DNA of 64,000 nt from the human T2T-CHM13v2.0 reference genome, Homo sapiens. Shown piece after piece: positions 14,692 to 31,014 of this stretch; positions within the stretch are counted from its first letter, which is position 1, and every line of letters starts with the position of its first letter. The position numbers and the translations under genes are program-made. The notes below the pieces were generated by a model. That model did not search any database, was not told the DNA's origin, and worked only from the letters and a program-made list of their open reading frames with translations. The stretch lies in the NCBI RefSeq assembly GCF_009914755.1, contig NC_060930.1; one strand, 5' to 3'.

Positions 14692-15063
14692 GTTTTTTTT
14701 TTAATTCATTTTTTAAAATTATAGGTTTTTGGGAAACAGGTGGTGTTTGGTTACATGAATAAGCTCTTTAGTGGTGATTTCTGAGATTTTGGCGCATCCA
14801 TCACCCGAGAAGTGTACACTGTACCCAATATGTAGTATTTTATCCTTCACCCCCTCTCACTCTTTCCACCAAGTCCCCAAAGTCCACTGTATTATTCTTA
14901 AGCCTTTGCATCCACATAGCTTAGCTATCACTTATGAGTGAGGACATATGATGTTTGGTTTTCCATTCCTGAGTTACTTCACTTAGAATAATGATCTCAA
15001 ATTCCATCCAGGTTGCTATGAATGTCATTATTTCATTCCTTTTTATGGGTGAGTAGTATTCCA

Positions 15064-15097
<34 letters not shown>

Positions 15098-18000
15098 TGC
15101 AATTTCTTTATCCACTCATTGATTGATGGGCATTTGGGCTGGCCCCATATTTTTGCAATTGCAAATTGTGCTGTGCAAGTATCTTGCATGTGTGTGAGAG
15201 TGTGTGTGTGTGTGTGCAAGTATCTTTTTAATATAAGGACTTCTTTTCCTCTGGGTAGATACCCAGTAGTGAGATTGCTGGATCAAATGGTAGTACTACT
15301 TTTAGTTCTTTCAGGAATCTCCACAGTGTTTTCCATAGTGGTTGTACTAGTTTACATTTCCACCAACAGTGGAAAAGTGTTCCTTTTTCATCACATCCAT
15401 GCCAACATCTGTTATTATTATTATTTTATTATGGTCATTCTTGCAGAAGTAAGGTGGTATCACATTGTGGTTTTGCCTTGCATTTCCCTGATCACTACTG
15501 ATGGTTAGCATTGTTTCATATATTTATTGGCCATTTGTATATCTTCTTTTTATAATTGTCAGTTAGTGTTCTTAGACCATTTTTTGATGGGATTTTTTTT
15601 CTTGCTAATTTGTTTGTTTCTTGTAGATTCTGGACATTAGTCCTTTGTTGGCTGTATAGATTGTGAAGATTTTTTCCCACTCTGTGGGTTGTCTGTTTAC
15701 TCTGCTGATTGTTTCTTTTGCTGTGTAGAAGCTTTTTAGTTTAATTAAGTCCCATCTATTTATCTTTGTTTTTGTTGCATTTGCTTTTGGGTTCTTGGTC
15801 ATGAAGTCTTTGCCTAAGCCAATGTCTAAAAGGATTTTTCCTGATGTTATCTTCTAGAATTTTTATGGTTTCAAGTCTTAGATTTAAGTCTTTGATCAAT
15901 CTTGAGTTGATTTTTGTATAGGGTGAGAAATGAGGATCCAATTTCATTCTTCTACATGTGGCTTACCAGTTATCCCAGCACCATTTGTTGAATAGGGTGT
16001 CCTTTTCCCACTTTATGTTTTTGTTTGCTTTGTTAAAGATCAGTTGGCTATAAGTATTAGGTTTATTTCTGGGTTCTCTATTCTGTTCCATTGGTCTCTG
16101 TGCCTATTTTTATACCAGTACCATGCTGTTTTGGTGACTATGGCCTTATAGTATAGTTTGAAGTTGAATAATGTGATGCCTCTAGATTTATTCACTTTGC
16201 TTAATCTTGCTTTGTCTATGTGGGCTATTTTTTGGTTCCATATGAATTTTAGGATTTTTTTTCTAGATCTGTGAAGAAGGATGGTGGTATTTTGATGGGA
16301 ATTGCATTGAATTTGTAGATTGCTTTTGGCAGTATGGTCATTTTCACAATATTGACTCTACCCATCCATGAGCATGGGATGTGTTTCCATTTGTTGCATC
16401 ATCTATGATTTCTTTCAGCAGGGTTTTGTAGTTTTCATTGTAGAGGTGTTTCGCCTCCTTGGTTAGGTATATTCCTAAGTATTTTTTTATTTTGCAGCTA
16501 TTGTAAAAGGGGTCTACTTCTTGATTTGATTCTCAGCTTGGTCACTGTTCATGTATAGCAGAGCTACAGATTAGTGTATATTAATTTTGTTTCCTGAAAG
16601 TTTGCTGAATTCATTTATCAGTTCTAGCAGCTTTTTGGATGAATCTTTAGGGTTTTCTAGTTATACAATCATATGATCAGCGAACAGCAACAGTTTGACT
16701 TCCTCTTTATCGATTTTGATGCCCTTTATTTCTTTCTCTTGTCTGATTGCTCTGACTAGGACTTCTAGTGCCATGTTAAATAGAAGTTGTGAGAGTGGGC
16801 ATCCTTGTCTTGTTCCAGTTCTCAGGAGGAATGCTTTTGACTTTTCTCCATTTAATATTATGTTGGCTGTGGGTTTTTTATAGATGGCTTTTATTACATT
16901 AAGTTATATTCCTTAGATGCTGATTTTGCTGAGGGTTTTATTCATAAAGGGATGCTGGATTTTGTCAAATTCTTTTTCTGTGTCTATTGAGATGATTATG
17001 TGATTTTTTAAAAATAATCAGTTTATCTGGTGTATCACATTTACTTACTTGTGTATGTTAAACCATCCTTGCATCCTGGTATGAAACCCACTTGATCATG
17101 GTGGATTATCTTTTTGATACGCTGTTGGATTTGGTTAGCTAGTATTTTCTTAAGGATTTTTGCCTCTATATTCATCACGGATATTGTTCTGTGGTTTTCT
17201 TTTTTTTGTTATGTCATTTCCTTGTTTTGGTAGTAGGGTGATACTGGCTTAATAGAATGACTTAGGGAATATTCCCTTTTTCTCTATCTTGTGGAATAGT
17301 GTCAGTATGACTGGTACCAGTTCTTTTTTGAATGTCTTATGTAATTCAGTTGTGAATCCATCTGGTTCTGGACTTTTTTTTTCTTGGCAATTTTTTTTTA
17401 TTACCATTTCAATCTTGCTGCTTGTTATTGGTCTGTTCAGAGTTTCCATTCTTTCTTTTTACATCTAGGAGGGCTGTATATTTTCAGGAATTTATCACTC
17501 TCCTCTAGGTCTCAGTTTATCTGTGTAAAGGTATTTACAGTATCCTTGAATGATCTTTTGTATTTCTCTTGTATCAGTTGTAATATCTCCCATTTCGCTT
17601 ATTTGAATCTTCTCTCTTCTTTTCTTGGTTAATCTCACTAATGGTCTATCAATTTTATTTATCTTTTCAAAGAATCAGTTTTTTGTTTCATTTATCTTTT
17701 GTATTTTTTGGTTTCAATTTCATTTAGTTCTGCTCTGATCTTTGTTATTTCTTTTTTTTTGCTGGGTTTGGGTTTGGTTTGTTCTTGTTTCTCCCGTTCT
17801 GTGAGGTGTGACCTTAGGTTATCTATTTGCATTCTTTCAGACTTTTTGATGTAGGCATTTAAGGCTATGAACCCTCCTCCTAACACTGTCTTTGCTTATT
17901 CCAGAGGTTTTGTTAGGTTGTGTCACAATTATTCAGTTCAAAGAATTTTTAAATTTCCATCTTAATTTCATTGTTGACTCAATGATCATTCAGGAGCAGG

Positions 18001-19018
18001 TTATTTAATTTTCATGTATTTGCATGGTTTTGTGGGTTCCTTTTGGAGTTGATTTCTAATTTTATCCGACTGTGGTCTGAGAGAGTCCTTAATATAATTT
18101 TAATTTTCTTAAATTTATTGAGACTTGCTTTGTGGCCTATCATATTGTCTATCTTGGTGGTCTATCTTGGAGAATGTTCCATGTGCTGATGGATAGAATG
18201 TATATTCTGCAGTTGTTGGGTAAAATGTTCTATAAATATCTGTTAAGTCCATTTGTTATATGGTATAATTTAAATTCGTTGTTTCTTTGTTCACTTTCTG
18301 TCTTGACCTGTCTCGTACTGTCACTATTGAAGTCCTCCATTATTATCATGTTGCTCTCTGTCTCATTTCTTGGGTCTAGTAGTATTTGTTTTATAATTTT
18401 GGGAGTTCCAGTGTTAGGTGCATATATATTTAGGATTGTGATATTTTCCTGTTGGACAAGTTATTTTATCATTATAAAATGCCTCTCTTTGTCTTTTTAA
18501 ATTGCTGTTGCTCTAAAGTTTGTTTTGTCTGATATGAAAATAGTGACTCCTGCTCGCTTTTGTGTCCATTTTTATGGATATCTTTTTCTACCCCTTTAAC
18601 TTTACATGTGCCCTTACTTGTTAGGCGAGTCTCTTGAAGACAGCAGATACTTGGTTGGTGAATTCTTACTCATTCTGCCATTCTGTATCTTTTAAGTGGA
18701 GCATTTAGGCAATTTACATTCAATGTTCCTATTGAGATGTGAGGTACTATTCTATTCATCATGCTCTTTGTTGCTTGAATACCTTTTTTTCATTGTGTTT
18801 TTGTTTTATAAGTCCTGTGAGATGTATGCTTTAAAGAAATTCTATTTTGGTGTATTTTGAAGATTTGATTTAAGATTTAGAGCTCCTTTTAGCAGTTCTT
18901 GTGTTGCTGGCTTAATAGTGGCAAATTCTCTCAGCATTTGTTTGTCTGAAAAAGACTGTATTTTTCCTTCATTTATGAAGTTTAGTTTCACTATATAAAA
19001 AATTCTTCACTGATGACT
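14692..19018 (-). mobile_element. L1PB1-type LINE-1, about 4.3 kb (3'UTR, decayed ORF2, part of ORF1)
   Basis: 3' end ataggtttttgggaaacaggtggtgtttggttacatgaataag matches L1PB1. ORF fragments such as [16 protein letters not shown] and [10 protein letters not shown] are L1 ORF2. Many stops and frameshifts. Confidence 0.9.
15066..15096. repeat. (AT)n inside L1PB1
   Basis: About 15 uninterrupted AT units. Confidence 0.9.
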
Positions 19019-19029
19019 GTTACTTTTAC

Positions 19030-20701
<1,672 letters not shown>

Positions 20702-20715
20702 AACCAGGGGAAATC

Positions 20716-23700
20716 AACTATTTCAAATTTTTTTTGAGGACCCTCCAAACTCTTCTCCATAGTGGTTGTACTGATTTACATTTCCACTAACATTGTACCA
20801 GGGTTCCCTTTACTCCACATCTTCACCAGCATTTGTTATTGCCTGGATTTTTGCATATAAGCCATTTTAACTGGGGTGAGATGATATTTCATTGTAGTTT
20901 TGATTTGTATTTCTCTGATGATCAATGATTTTGAGCACCTTTTCATATATCTGTTTGCCATTGTATGTCTTCTTGTGAGAAATGTCTATTCAGATTTTTT
21001 GCCCATTTAAAATATTGGATTGTTAGATATTTTCCTATAGAATTGTTTGAGTTCCTTGTATATTCTGGTTATTAATCATGTGTCAGATGGGAAGTTTGCA
21101 AATATTTTCTTTTATTCTGTGGGTTGTCTCTTCACTTTGTTGATTGTTTCCCTTGCTGTGCAGAAGGTTTTTAACTTGATGTGATGCCATTTGTCCATTT
21201 TTGCTTTGGTTGCCTGTGCTTGTGGAGTATTACCCAAGAAGTCTTTGCCCAAACCAAGGTCCTGGAGGGTTTTCCCAATGTTCTCTTTTAGTGGTTTCAT
21301 AGTTTGAGGTCTAAAATTTAAGTCTTTCATCCATTGTGATTTTAAGCAAGAAATAGGGGTCTTGTTTCACTCTTCTTCAAATCCAGTTTTCTCTGCAATA
21401 TTTATTGAAGAGACAGTTTCTCTTCCCAATGTGTGTTCTTGGCACCTTTGTCAAAAATGAGTTTACTGTAAATGTTTGGGTTTTATCTGTCGGTTCTCTA
21501 TTCTGTTCCACTGATCTATGTGTCTGTATTTATGTTGGTTCCTTGCTGTTTTGGTTACTACAGCTCCACAGTATAATTTAAAGTAAGGTAAAGTGATTCC
21601 CTCAGTTTTGTTCTTTTTGCTCAGAATAGCTTTGGCTATTTCAGGTCTTTTGTGGTTCCATATAAAGTTTAGGACTGTTTTTTCTATTTCTGTGAAGAAT
21701 GTCTTTGGTGTTGTGATAGAGATTACATTAAATCTATAGATTGCTTTGGGTAGTGTGGCCATTTTAACACTATTGATTCTTCTAATCTTTAAAGATGGAA
21801 TATCTTTCCATTTGTTGGTGTCTTCTTCAATTTCTTGCATTAGTGTTTTATAGTTTTTATTCCAGAGATCTTTTACTTCTTTGGTTAAGTAATTCCTAGG
21901 CATTTTATTTTATTTGTCGCTATTATAAATGGAATTACTTTTTGATGTCTTTTTCACAATGTTAGCTATTGGCATATAGAAATGCTACTGATTGTTGTAT
22001 GTTGATTTTGTATTCTGCAACTTTACTGAATTTTATTCATTCTAATAGTTTTTTTGTGGAGTCTTTGCTTTTCCAAATATAAGATTCCATCATCTGCAAA
22101 CAGAGATAATCTGATTTCTTCATTTCCAATTTGGATGCCCTTTATTTCTTTCTCTTGTCTAATTGCTACAGCTAGGACTTCTTGTACTATGTTGAACAAC
22201 GGTGGTGAAAGTGAGCATCCTTCTCATGTTCTTGACCTTAGAGGAGAGGCTTTCAGTTTTTACCCTTTTGCTATGATACTAGCTGTGGGTCTGTCCTATA
22301 AGGCTTTTATTATGTTGAGGCTTGTTCCTTCTATCATGGGTTTTTGAGGGTTTTTATCATGAAGCAGTATTGAATTTTATCAAATGCTTTTACAGCATTA
22401 ATTGAAATGATTATATGGTTTTTATCCTTCATTCTGTTGATGTGATGTATCACATTGTTGATTTGCATATGTTTAACCATTCTTCCATCCCTGAGATAAA
22501 TTCCACGTGGTCATGATGAATAATGTTTAAATGTGTTGTTGAATTTGCCTTGCTAGTACATTTTTTAGGATTTTTGTATCAATATTGATCAGTGATATTG
22601 GCCTAGAGTTTTCTCTTTTGGATGTATATTTGTCTGGTTTTGGTATTAGGGTAATAATAGCCTCATAAAATGAGATTGGAAGTATTCCCTTCTCCTCTAA
22701 TCTTTGGAATACTTTGAATAGGATTGGTATTAGTTCTTTTTTTAATGTTTGGTAGAATTCAGGAGTGAAGCCATCAGCTATCAGGTCCTGGGCTTTTTTT
22801 TCTTTTATGGGAGACTTCTTATTACAGCTTCAATCCCATTACTTGTTATTGGTCTGTTCAGATTTTGTATTTCTTAACAGTTCAACCTTGGTAGGTTGTA
22901 TTTGTCCGAGAATTTGCCCATTTTTTTTTTTTTTAGATTTTCCAATTTATTGACGTATAGTTGCTCACAGTAGCCACTAATGATCCTTTGAATTTCTGCA
23001 CTCAGTTGTAATGTCTCCTTTTGCATCTCCAATTTTGTTTATTTGAGTCTTTCTTTTTTTCTTAGGTAGTGTGGCTAAAGGTTTGACTATTTTGCTTATC
23101 TTTTTTAAACAAATTTTTTGTTTCATTAATCTTTTGTATTGTTTTCTTCACTTCAAATTCACTTATTTTTCTCTGATCTTTATTATTTCTTTTTTTCTGA
23201 CTAATTATGGGTTTAGTTTACTCTTGCTTTTCTAGTTCTTTAAGATGTATCATTAGGTTGCTTATTGGAAGTTTTTCTTCTTTTCTGATGTAGGCAGTTA
23301 CAGGTATAGACTTCCCTGTTAGTAATGCTTTTGTTGTATCTCATAGGTTTTGCTTAATTATGCTTCCATTAATATTTTTTCAAGAAACTTTTCAATTTCA
23401 TTCTTAATTTCTTCATTGACCCATTGCTTATTCAGAGCATATTGGTTAATTTCCACGTGTTTATATAGTTTCCAAAATTCCTCTTGTTATTGATTTCTAG
23501 TTTTATTCCATGTGGTCAGAGAAGATGCTTGATGTTATTTCAATTTTTTTGAATGTTTTAAGACTTCTTATATGACCTGACACATGGTCTATCTTGAGAA
23601 TGATCCATGTGTTGAGGAAAAGTGTATATATTCTGCAGCCATTGCATGAAATGTTCTGTAAATATCTTTTAGTTTCATTCGATCTATAGTGCAGTTTTTA

Positions 23701-23856
23701 AATCTAACGTTTCATTGTTGATTTTGTGTTTGGGAGATCTGTCCAACGCTGAAAGTGGGGTGTTGAGGTCTCCAGCTACTATTGCAGTGGTGTCTATCTC
23801 TCTGTTTAGCTCTAATAATATTTGCTTTATATATTTGGATGCTCCAGTGTTGGGTA
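20716..23856 (-). mobile_element. L1MA-type ORF2 body lacking its 3' end
   Basis: Decayed ORF2 peptides in the ORF track ([29 protein letters not shown]). The 3' region resembles L1MA1-4. Confidence 0.85.
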
Positions 23857-24680
23857 GTTCCATTATTATGTGAATTTTAGGAATAACTTTTCCATTTTTG
23901 CTAAGAAAGGTCATTGGGATTTTGTCTGGGATTGTACCTAGCCCGTAGATTGCTTAGTATTAATATCTTAATAATAAATCTTCCAATTAATGAAATGGAA
24001 TGTTTTTCTCTTTATTTAGGCCTTTTAACTTCTTTTAGCAATGTTTTGTAATTTTCAGTGTACAAGTCTTGGAATTCCTTGATTAAATTTATTCCTAAAT
24101 ATTTTATTCTTTTTGATGCCATTATGAACAAAATTGTTTTCTTAATTTCATTCTTATATTGTTAATTGCTAGCATATAGAAATAGAACTGATTTTTGTGT
24201 GTTGATCTTTATCCTGAAACATTGATGAATACACTTATCAGCTCTAATTGCTTTGATTATTTAGGATTTTCTGTATATAAAATAATGCTATCTCTGAATA
24301 GAAATAATTTTGTTCCTTCTTTCCAATTTGTATGGCTTCGATTTTTTTTTTCTTGCCTAATTGCTATTGCTGGACCTTCCAGGGCAGGGTTAAACAGAAA
24401 TGATGAAAGTGGACATGAGTGTCTTGTTCCTGATCTCAGTGTAAAAGCTTTCATCCTTTGTCTTTGAATATAATGTGGGTTTTTCCTAAGTGCCTTTTGT
24501 CATTTTGAGGAACGTTTTTTTCTATTCCCAGCTTGTTGAATGTTTTTATATGAACAGATGTTGTATTGTGTAAAATCCCTTTTCTGCATCAATGGAGATG
24601 ACCATGTGTTTGCCTGCTTCATTTTATTAATGTGGTATATTACATTGATTGATTTTTGTATGTTCAATTCTTTTGCATCA
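23857..24680 (-). mobile_element. Older L1 (L1MB/L1M) ORF2 fragment
   Basis: KAFTLRSGTRHSCPLS...LFRDSIILYTENPK (RT region). It repeats a region already present in the adjacent L1MA, so it is a separate element. Confidence 0.75.
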
Positions 24681-24769
24681 TTTTAAATCCTCAATGTTTA
24701 TTTTAACTATGGCTGTTTTTATCAGTTGTATGATTTTCTTTGATTTATTCCATGCAGATTCAAACTAAT

Positions 24770-25175
24770 GGTGTCTCACCAACACATGGCATGAGAACAC
24801 CTGTAGCAATCTGTTTGACAGTCATTCACGAGCAACTTAGAATTGCAAGAAAGGTAACAACATACAGAGCGATCTTTGATCACTGGGGAATAGGAGACTA
24901 TGAGTTATTGCTTTCTCTTTTCTTTATCTGGAGACATGGTTCTGAAATCAGTTTCATAAGGTTTCTCAGAACGTCGGACTAGATTAAACAACCAGTTGCT
25001 CATAATGGCACCAACTTGATAATATATCCCACTTAATGTAATATATATTGTCTTTCTCCTCATCTGATTTAATTTTTCTTATCTCTTGATCATACTTCCC
25101 AAGGTTGCATTTTCAAATAAATTTCTCATAGACATTATCTTTGGCCCTGATTTGTGGGAAAAGCGGGCTAAGGCA
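24770..25175 (+). mobile_element. ERVL LTR16-related LTR
   Basis: ggttctgaaatcagtttcataaggtttctcagaa...accagttgctcataatggc...caaataaa...gggctaaggca. Confidence 0.55.
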
Positions 25176-27309
25176 GAGCTAAGGCATCTGCTGTACTCAT
25201 ATAGTGATATTGCGTAAGGGAGAGGGAATTAAAGGATATAATGCAGCACCTAACATGTGGTCTTGCTACCCTTATGAGATGTCTCATGGTGCTATAGAAT
25301 TGTTTTAATTTTGTTTCTGGAGACTCTGATAATTACTTTTGCTGTAGGTTTTGAGGTAGTCCCTGAGCTCATTCAAAGTTCTTTTGCTCACCATTAAAAT
25401 GTCGTACCTTTCTCTTTTGACTGTGGAGCAATCTTCTACAATAACTGCCTCCATTGATTAAAAAAGGGGCAACTAACTGGAATGAGAGTAAGAAGTGTGG
25501 TTCTTAGAAATATGTAAGTTTTAAATGAATGAGAATAATAATTTAAATGATAAACCTCACATTTTAAAAAGACTGTGTGTCTGCTACTGTGCTAAATTCC
25601 ATCCTAATATCCCCAAGATGCAGATGTTAGTATTAACTCTATTTTATATTTAAGGGGTTTAACTTCAACCCAGGTGACACTTGCCCTAAAGCTTGGCTTA
25701 GATGACCTTAAGATGTACTTTCCACAAATGAGTTAAAGTTCTAGCTATAAAATTCATAAAATACTTTAATAAAAGCTCCATAAAATGTCAACACCCTGTC
25801 TGAGATTCTGTCCCATTTGAAATGAAAACCAAGGCTAACATAAACAAATTACAAAGAAGTTAGTTTTTGATATATAAAACCCAGTTTTTAGAATATGATG
25901 CTATTTTTGATGAAATAGTGAAAGAGAACAAAGCTGGATTTGACTTGATTCTCTTGATGATACACTCAGAGTTTATAAATCTGTGTTGCTCCTGTGTCTG
26001 CACAGACAGAATCTGGAGATGTTAATTTTTTGTCATTTGGCTTCTAGATGTCCTTGGCGTGTACACCCTGTGGAATCTGGTTCATCTTCAATCTGTCAGA
26101 AGGCATCAGAGGTGGTTTTGACTCCTTATGTCTTGGACCTGTGCACAAAAAGTGTGAGTACACTGCAATGAGGCCAATTTTACTGTTGTTGAGGGTCTTC
26201 TAAAATGATTTTGTAATGGTTAGTGTATTGAAATGAACTCACCCTGTAGTTCCAGGATGAGAAAGGAAGGATAATTTTTGGTCAAGATATTAGAAAATAT
26301 CTTTCTTGGAATTGTCTTATTTGTGTAGGCTCATTCCTTGCCCCAGAAATGGCTTTGATGAACATGACTCTAAATAAAATGCAAGAAGTTTAACACAAAG
26401 AGGAAAAAGTTCCTTTCCAAGGTAGTTATCAAATAGCTTAAATACTACCAAATGATAGATGGTATATTTTTTCACATATGAAAATTTCACATTGCACACT
26501 AGGACCCCTTTTACTCGATTTTAAGTAGTTAACATATTTGGGATCCCTTCTCTATGCCTCTGAATTAGGTTATTATCATATCAAAAGAAATCCAGAACTT
26601 TAAAAGGCTTATTAGTGAAGCTCATAGTTATATACACAAGTAGTACCTTTTAATGCCTCAGAAAACTAATTTTGGCATTGTATATAGATGAACCATGTAA
26701 GCATAGTTACAATGGTTATTCTTGTTTTGGAGGGGTGGGTTAATTTGGAGAGAACATGATATTCCCCTGGTGAAAAATTAAGTTTTATGTTAAAGTTAAG
26801 TTTTATGTTTTTTATTTATAGGAATTCAGATAATGACTTCAGATGTAAGTTTATAAATTTTGAACTAATTACTGAGTTTTCATTGTTCCCTGATGAGCAT
26901 TTGCTTAGTTTGTTGAAAACTGGAAGAGGGCTAATAAGTATTAAATTCATTAAATTTAGGGAAAAAGCATAATTTGACCAATTTTATGTAAATTTAAATA
27001 GATTTTGTTTGAAAACAAGAGGTAGCTTATTTTTTTTTGTAAATAAATCTATTTCACTTGTTAGCTGGACACTGAGCCTATTAGGCATTCCTAGCCCACA
27101 ATATAACTTTCTTTCTCTACTTTAGATTGACCCAAAGTGGATGGTCAGCTTTCTAAACTGGCCTGGCTTCTTGATGAAGTTTTTGAATTCATGAGCTAGT
27201 AAGTTTGAAGTGCTTTGAGAAGGTTTGAGGTGAGGCTAGAATGAAGTGAAGAATAAGCTGTTTCTTTTTGCCCTTGCAGACTTTTCCTGTAGGAATGAAA
27301 ATACAGTAA

Positions 27310-27658
<349 letters not shown>

Positions 27659-28329
27659 CAGTAAAGTAGTCTTAATTAAAAAATAATCACTAAGTTTCCC
27701 CCAAAATCTTGTTTCACTTATGTATATTAGGTTTTATTACACATACCAATTAGAGTTTGTTGCAGGGAATAGCCACTCAAACTAGCCTGACTGGTATTGT
27801 AAGATTTCTGGGGAGTCTCAGGGGACCTTGTAGTTTTGGTAAAATTTTAATTTTCGGCCAGCCTTAACTTTAGGAGGATAGTTAAACACGGCAATTTATT
27901 TTCTTATTTTTTTGTCATAATTTTTAAGAGAGACGCACATCGATGACATTTATTTCGGTAATTAGAATAAGGTACCAATAACGTCTCCAACAAGCAAAAA
28001 CCCTTTCTACCTATCTAGCTATCAATGAAGAAGTATGTCAGTGTATATCAGGAGCTTTTCAAATAAATCAATTTGCAAAACTTTGTCAGTGGAGTTGATT
28101 TTAAATATTTCCTTTCCTAGAGTTTCCTGAAATCATGTTTTAAACATTAAAAACTTTCTAACAGGTCAGTTAGATGAAACTTTCTAACAGGTCAGTTATT
28201 GAACACACTGAGTTACCTTTTTCAATTTTCAAATTTTCTTCCTTTGATAATCTGTGTGCTTTATTCTTCAACCCTCTCCATTTTTCCATGTGAACACATC
28301 ATCTATATTGAGCTTCCCTTCAACAGTTG

Positions 28330-28990
28330 TTCCTGGTTTTGATAGCCACATCTATGTTAAGTGAATTTGTTTTACTTTCAATATTTTTAGACATTATTTT
28401 TTCTTGAAGGTGTCCATTCTAGAGCCCTCACCATCAGTCTGAGATTTTCCCTTTATCTTTTTCCTGAGCTATGTTTCTCTTTCCTGTTGTTTTTCTTGGT
28501 TTACTGTCAACTTTGCAGTGGAGTTCATTTCCAAGAAAATTCCTGACAAGAATACTGAGGAGGTAAAATTTTGTGGCCTTGAATATACCAGAATATCTTT
28601 ATTCTGTAATTATACTTGATCTATACTCTGGTAAGGTGTTCAGTTTTACATTAGAAATAATTTTCTCTCAAAACTTTGAAAGTTTCTCTTCACTGTCTTC
28701 CACTCTTAGTATTTCTGTACAGAAACCCAACTTTCTCTCCAGAAACCTCATTCAGATTCCAGATTCTATGTTTTGTTTTTTTTCCTTTCATGTTAGAATA
28801 TTTCTCCACAGGTTGAAGGATCCTTGACTGTTTCTCTATATTTAAGAGTAAGAGCCAAATAATAATTTGGGAAGTCTTTATAATGAGGTATCTTGATAGG
28901 TGTGGTTTATTAGTATGATGAAGTGGTAACATGGCTTTTTAATTGAGAGAGTCTAAATCTTTATGTGCGTGTATTCCCTGGGCCATTCTG
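28330..28990 (-). mobile_element. HAL1/L1M ORF1-region fragment
   Basis: gaggtaaaattttg...tatctttattctg...gaaataattttctctcaaaactttgaa...cactgtcttc. Confidence 0.5.
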
Positions 28991-29499
28991 TTTCTCTAGC
29001 TTGAAGGGAAAATCTCTTTGGGTTTTTGAGGTAAAATTGGCAGTTTCCTATTGGTTTTCTTCAATTCAGGTTAAGGCTTCAGCTTTATCTGGTTTGCTAA
29101 GCAGTTACTATTCATCCATTTACATTATAACATTTCAGGAATGTTTTTGAAATAACTTATCTGGCATCTTCTTCTCTCCTTTTCATCCTTCAGGGTTCTA
29201 AGTTTTAAAATTATTTTACTGTCAGTTTAGTATGATTTTCAAGGGTGAGGAATAAATAACTTCATGCACTTACTGTCATGTTTAATCAAATGTTTGTGAA
29301 ATAATTTAAAGCAGTATATGCAGAAGTTGGTGATACTTCTATGGTGTGACATTAATACTATTTTAAATATATCAATTTATTACTATAATATCTGCAAGTA
29401 AAAGAGGCCTTAAATGCTCTGAAAGCATGAAGGCCTGCCTTTCTCAGTTCTCATGCTGTTTTCTCAGTAGAAGAGCTAATTCACCTGAAACCTTTACAG

Positions 29500-29712
29500 A
29501 GCCTCCTGCCTGAGTTCTCTAGTTGCACTTCACAGATACTTCTGTCATAATACTTAGTACATTTTCCTCTATGTGTTTATTTATCTTTTTCTCACTAAGC
29601 TCCACCATCCTTGAAGGCAAATATTACATCTTATTATTCATCTTTATAATCCTTGGGCTTAGCACAGTGCTTGGCATATAGCAGGAGCTCCATACATGTA
29701 TACTAAAAAATG
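29500..29712 (+). mobile_element. L2 3' end
   Basis: ccttgaaggcaa...cttagcacagtgcttggcatatagcagg. Confidence 0.75.
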
Positions 29713-30249
29713 TCAAATTAATGTGTTAATAATTTCCCTAAAGTTTTAAGGAGATATTAACATTTTATAACTAAAGTAATTCTCTTCTAGTCTTTTCTTC
29801 TTCTCCTCCACTCTGTCAATTTTTCTTTCATATCATTCCCACCCCGGCAAGCAACATGAACTTTTACTCATCAGTTGAATTAAGTGGTATAGGTATGTTT
29901 CACTGTATTTCTATTGCTATGTTTCTAAGTCATATAGGTATATTTCACTATATTTCTATTGAAGAAATAGCTAGAAAATGTAGGTTGATCCCATTTTGTA
30001 GAGGATTTTAAATGTTGGGCTAAGGTATTTTTGCTCTATGAAGTAGCCAAGAGGGTGATGTTGAAGGTTTTAAGCTAGGAAAAGTAATATTTAAATCACA
30101 ACATGATAATATTAGTGGGGCAGATGGACTAGAAAAGGAGATACAGAACAAGGAGAGACCCATTACAAAGCTACTCCTATAGCCTCAGAAGAAAAATGAG
30201 CTTCTGAGAAGAGTAAGGACAATAAGAATATAACATATGTTTTTAAAAT

Positions 30250-30432
30250 ATTTTCATTACTATTTATTTATGTTCATATTCAATTGTATACTTATTCATT
30301 GTCTCTCCCCTCCCACTAGAATGTAATCTCCCTGAGAGCAAGAGTCTGTATCTCCTTCAGCTCCAATCTCCAATGTCTAGAATAGTGCTTGCAAGATAGT
30401 AATTGTTCAGTACACACTTCTTGAAGGAATTA
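30250..30432 (+). mobile_element. L2a 3' end
   Basis: gtctctcccctcccactagaatgtaatctccctgagagcaag...tgtctagaatagtgcttg. Confidence 0.8.
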
Positions 30433-30824
30433 AGGAGACAGACAAGCTAAAAAGAAACAGAACAAAAATCAAATAGGGCAGTCTCAGATGCACAAATTAA
30501 GTGAAGTAAATTCAAACAGGCCGGTAGTCACAATTAATATGTATGGAGCAAACTCTCCAAATAAAAGACAAAAGTGGTCAGACTGGATTTTTAAAATTTC
30601 AGTAGTATGCTCTCTAAAGATTTGTACTTAAAACATAAGGACACAGCCATGATGAAAGTAAATGATGAAAACAAATCCCAGATAATTACTAGCCAGAAGA
30701 AAGGTGTTATCACTATATTATTTTTGTATAGAATAATTTAAGCCAGTATAAAGTTAAATGGAACATATAAATATATATGTATGCATATTAGAAAATTATA
30801 TAAGCCTAATATTGTTAAAAATAA

Positions 30825-31014
30825 ATATAGTTAATAATAGAGTATTGTACATTTCAAAATTGCTGAGAGTAAATTTCTAATGTTCTTACCACAAAAGAAT
30901 GTTAAGTATTTGAGGTGATGGATATGTTAACTAGTTCGATTTAATTATTCCTTATTAACATCTCTTTGTGTGCCATAAGTTTATACAATTATAAATTGTC
31001 ATTTTAATTAAAAA
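30825..31014 (+). mobile_element. L1MA (MA7/8-like) 3' end
   Basis: atagttaataatagagtattgtacatttcaaaattgctgagag...tgaggtgatggatatgttaactag. Confidence 0.8.

Noticed and set aside
26890-26920. Hammerhead-like CUGAUGA...GAAA motif
   Set aside because: Stem II cannot pair (no G10.1-C11.1 pair) and I found no stems I or III.
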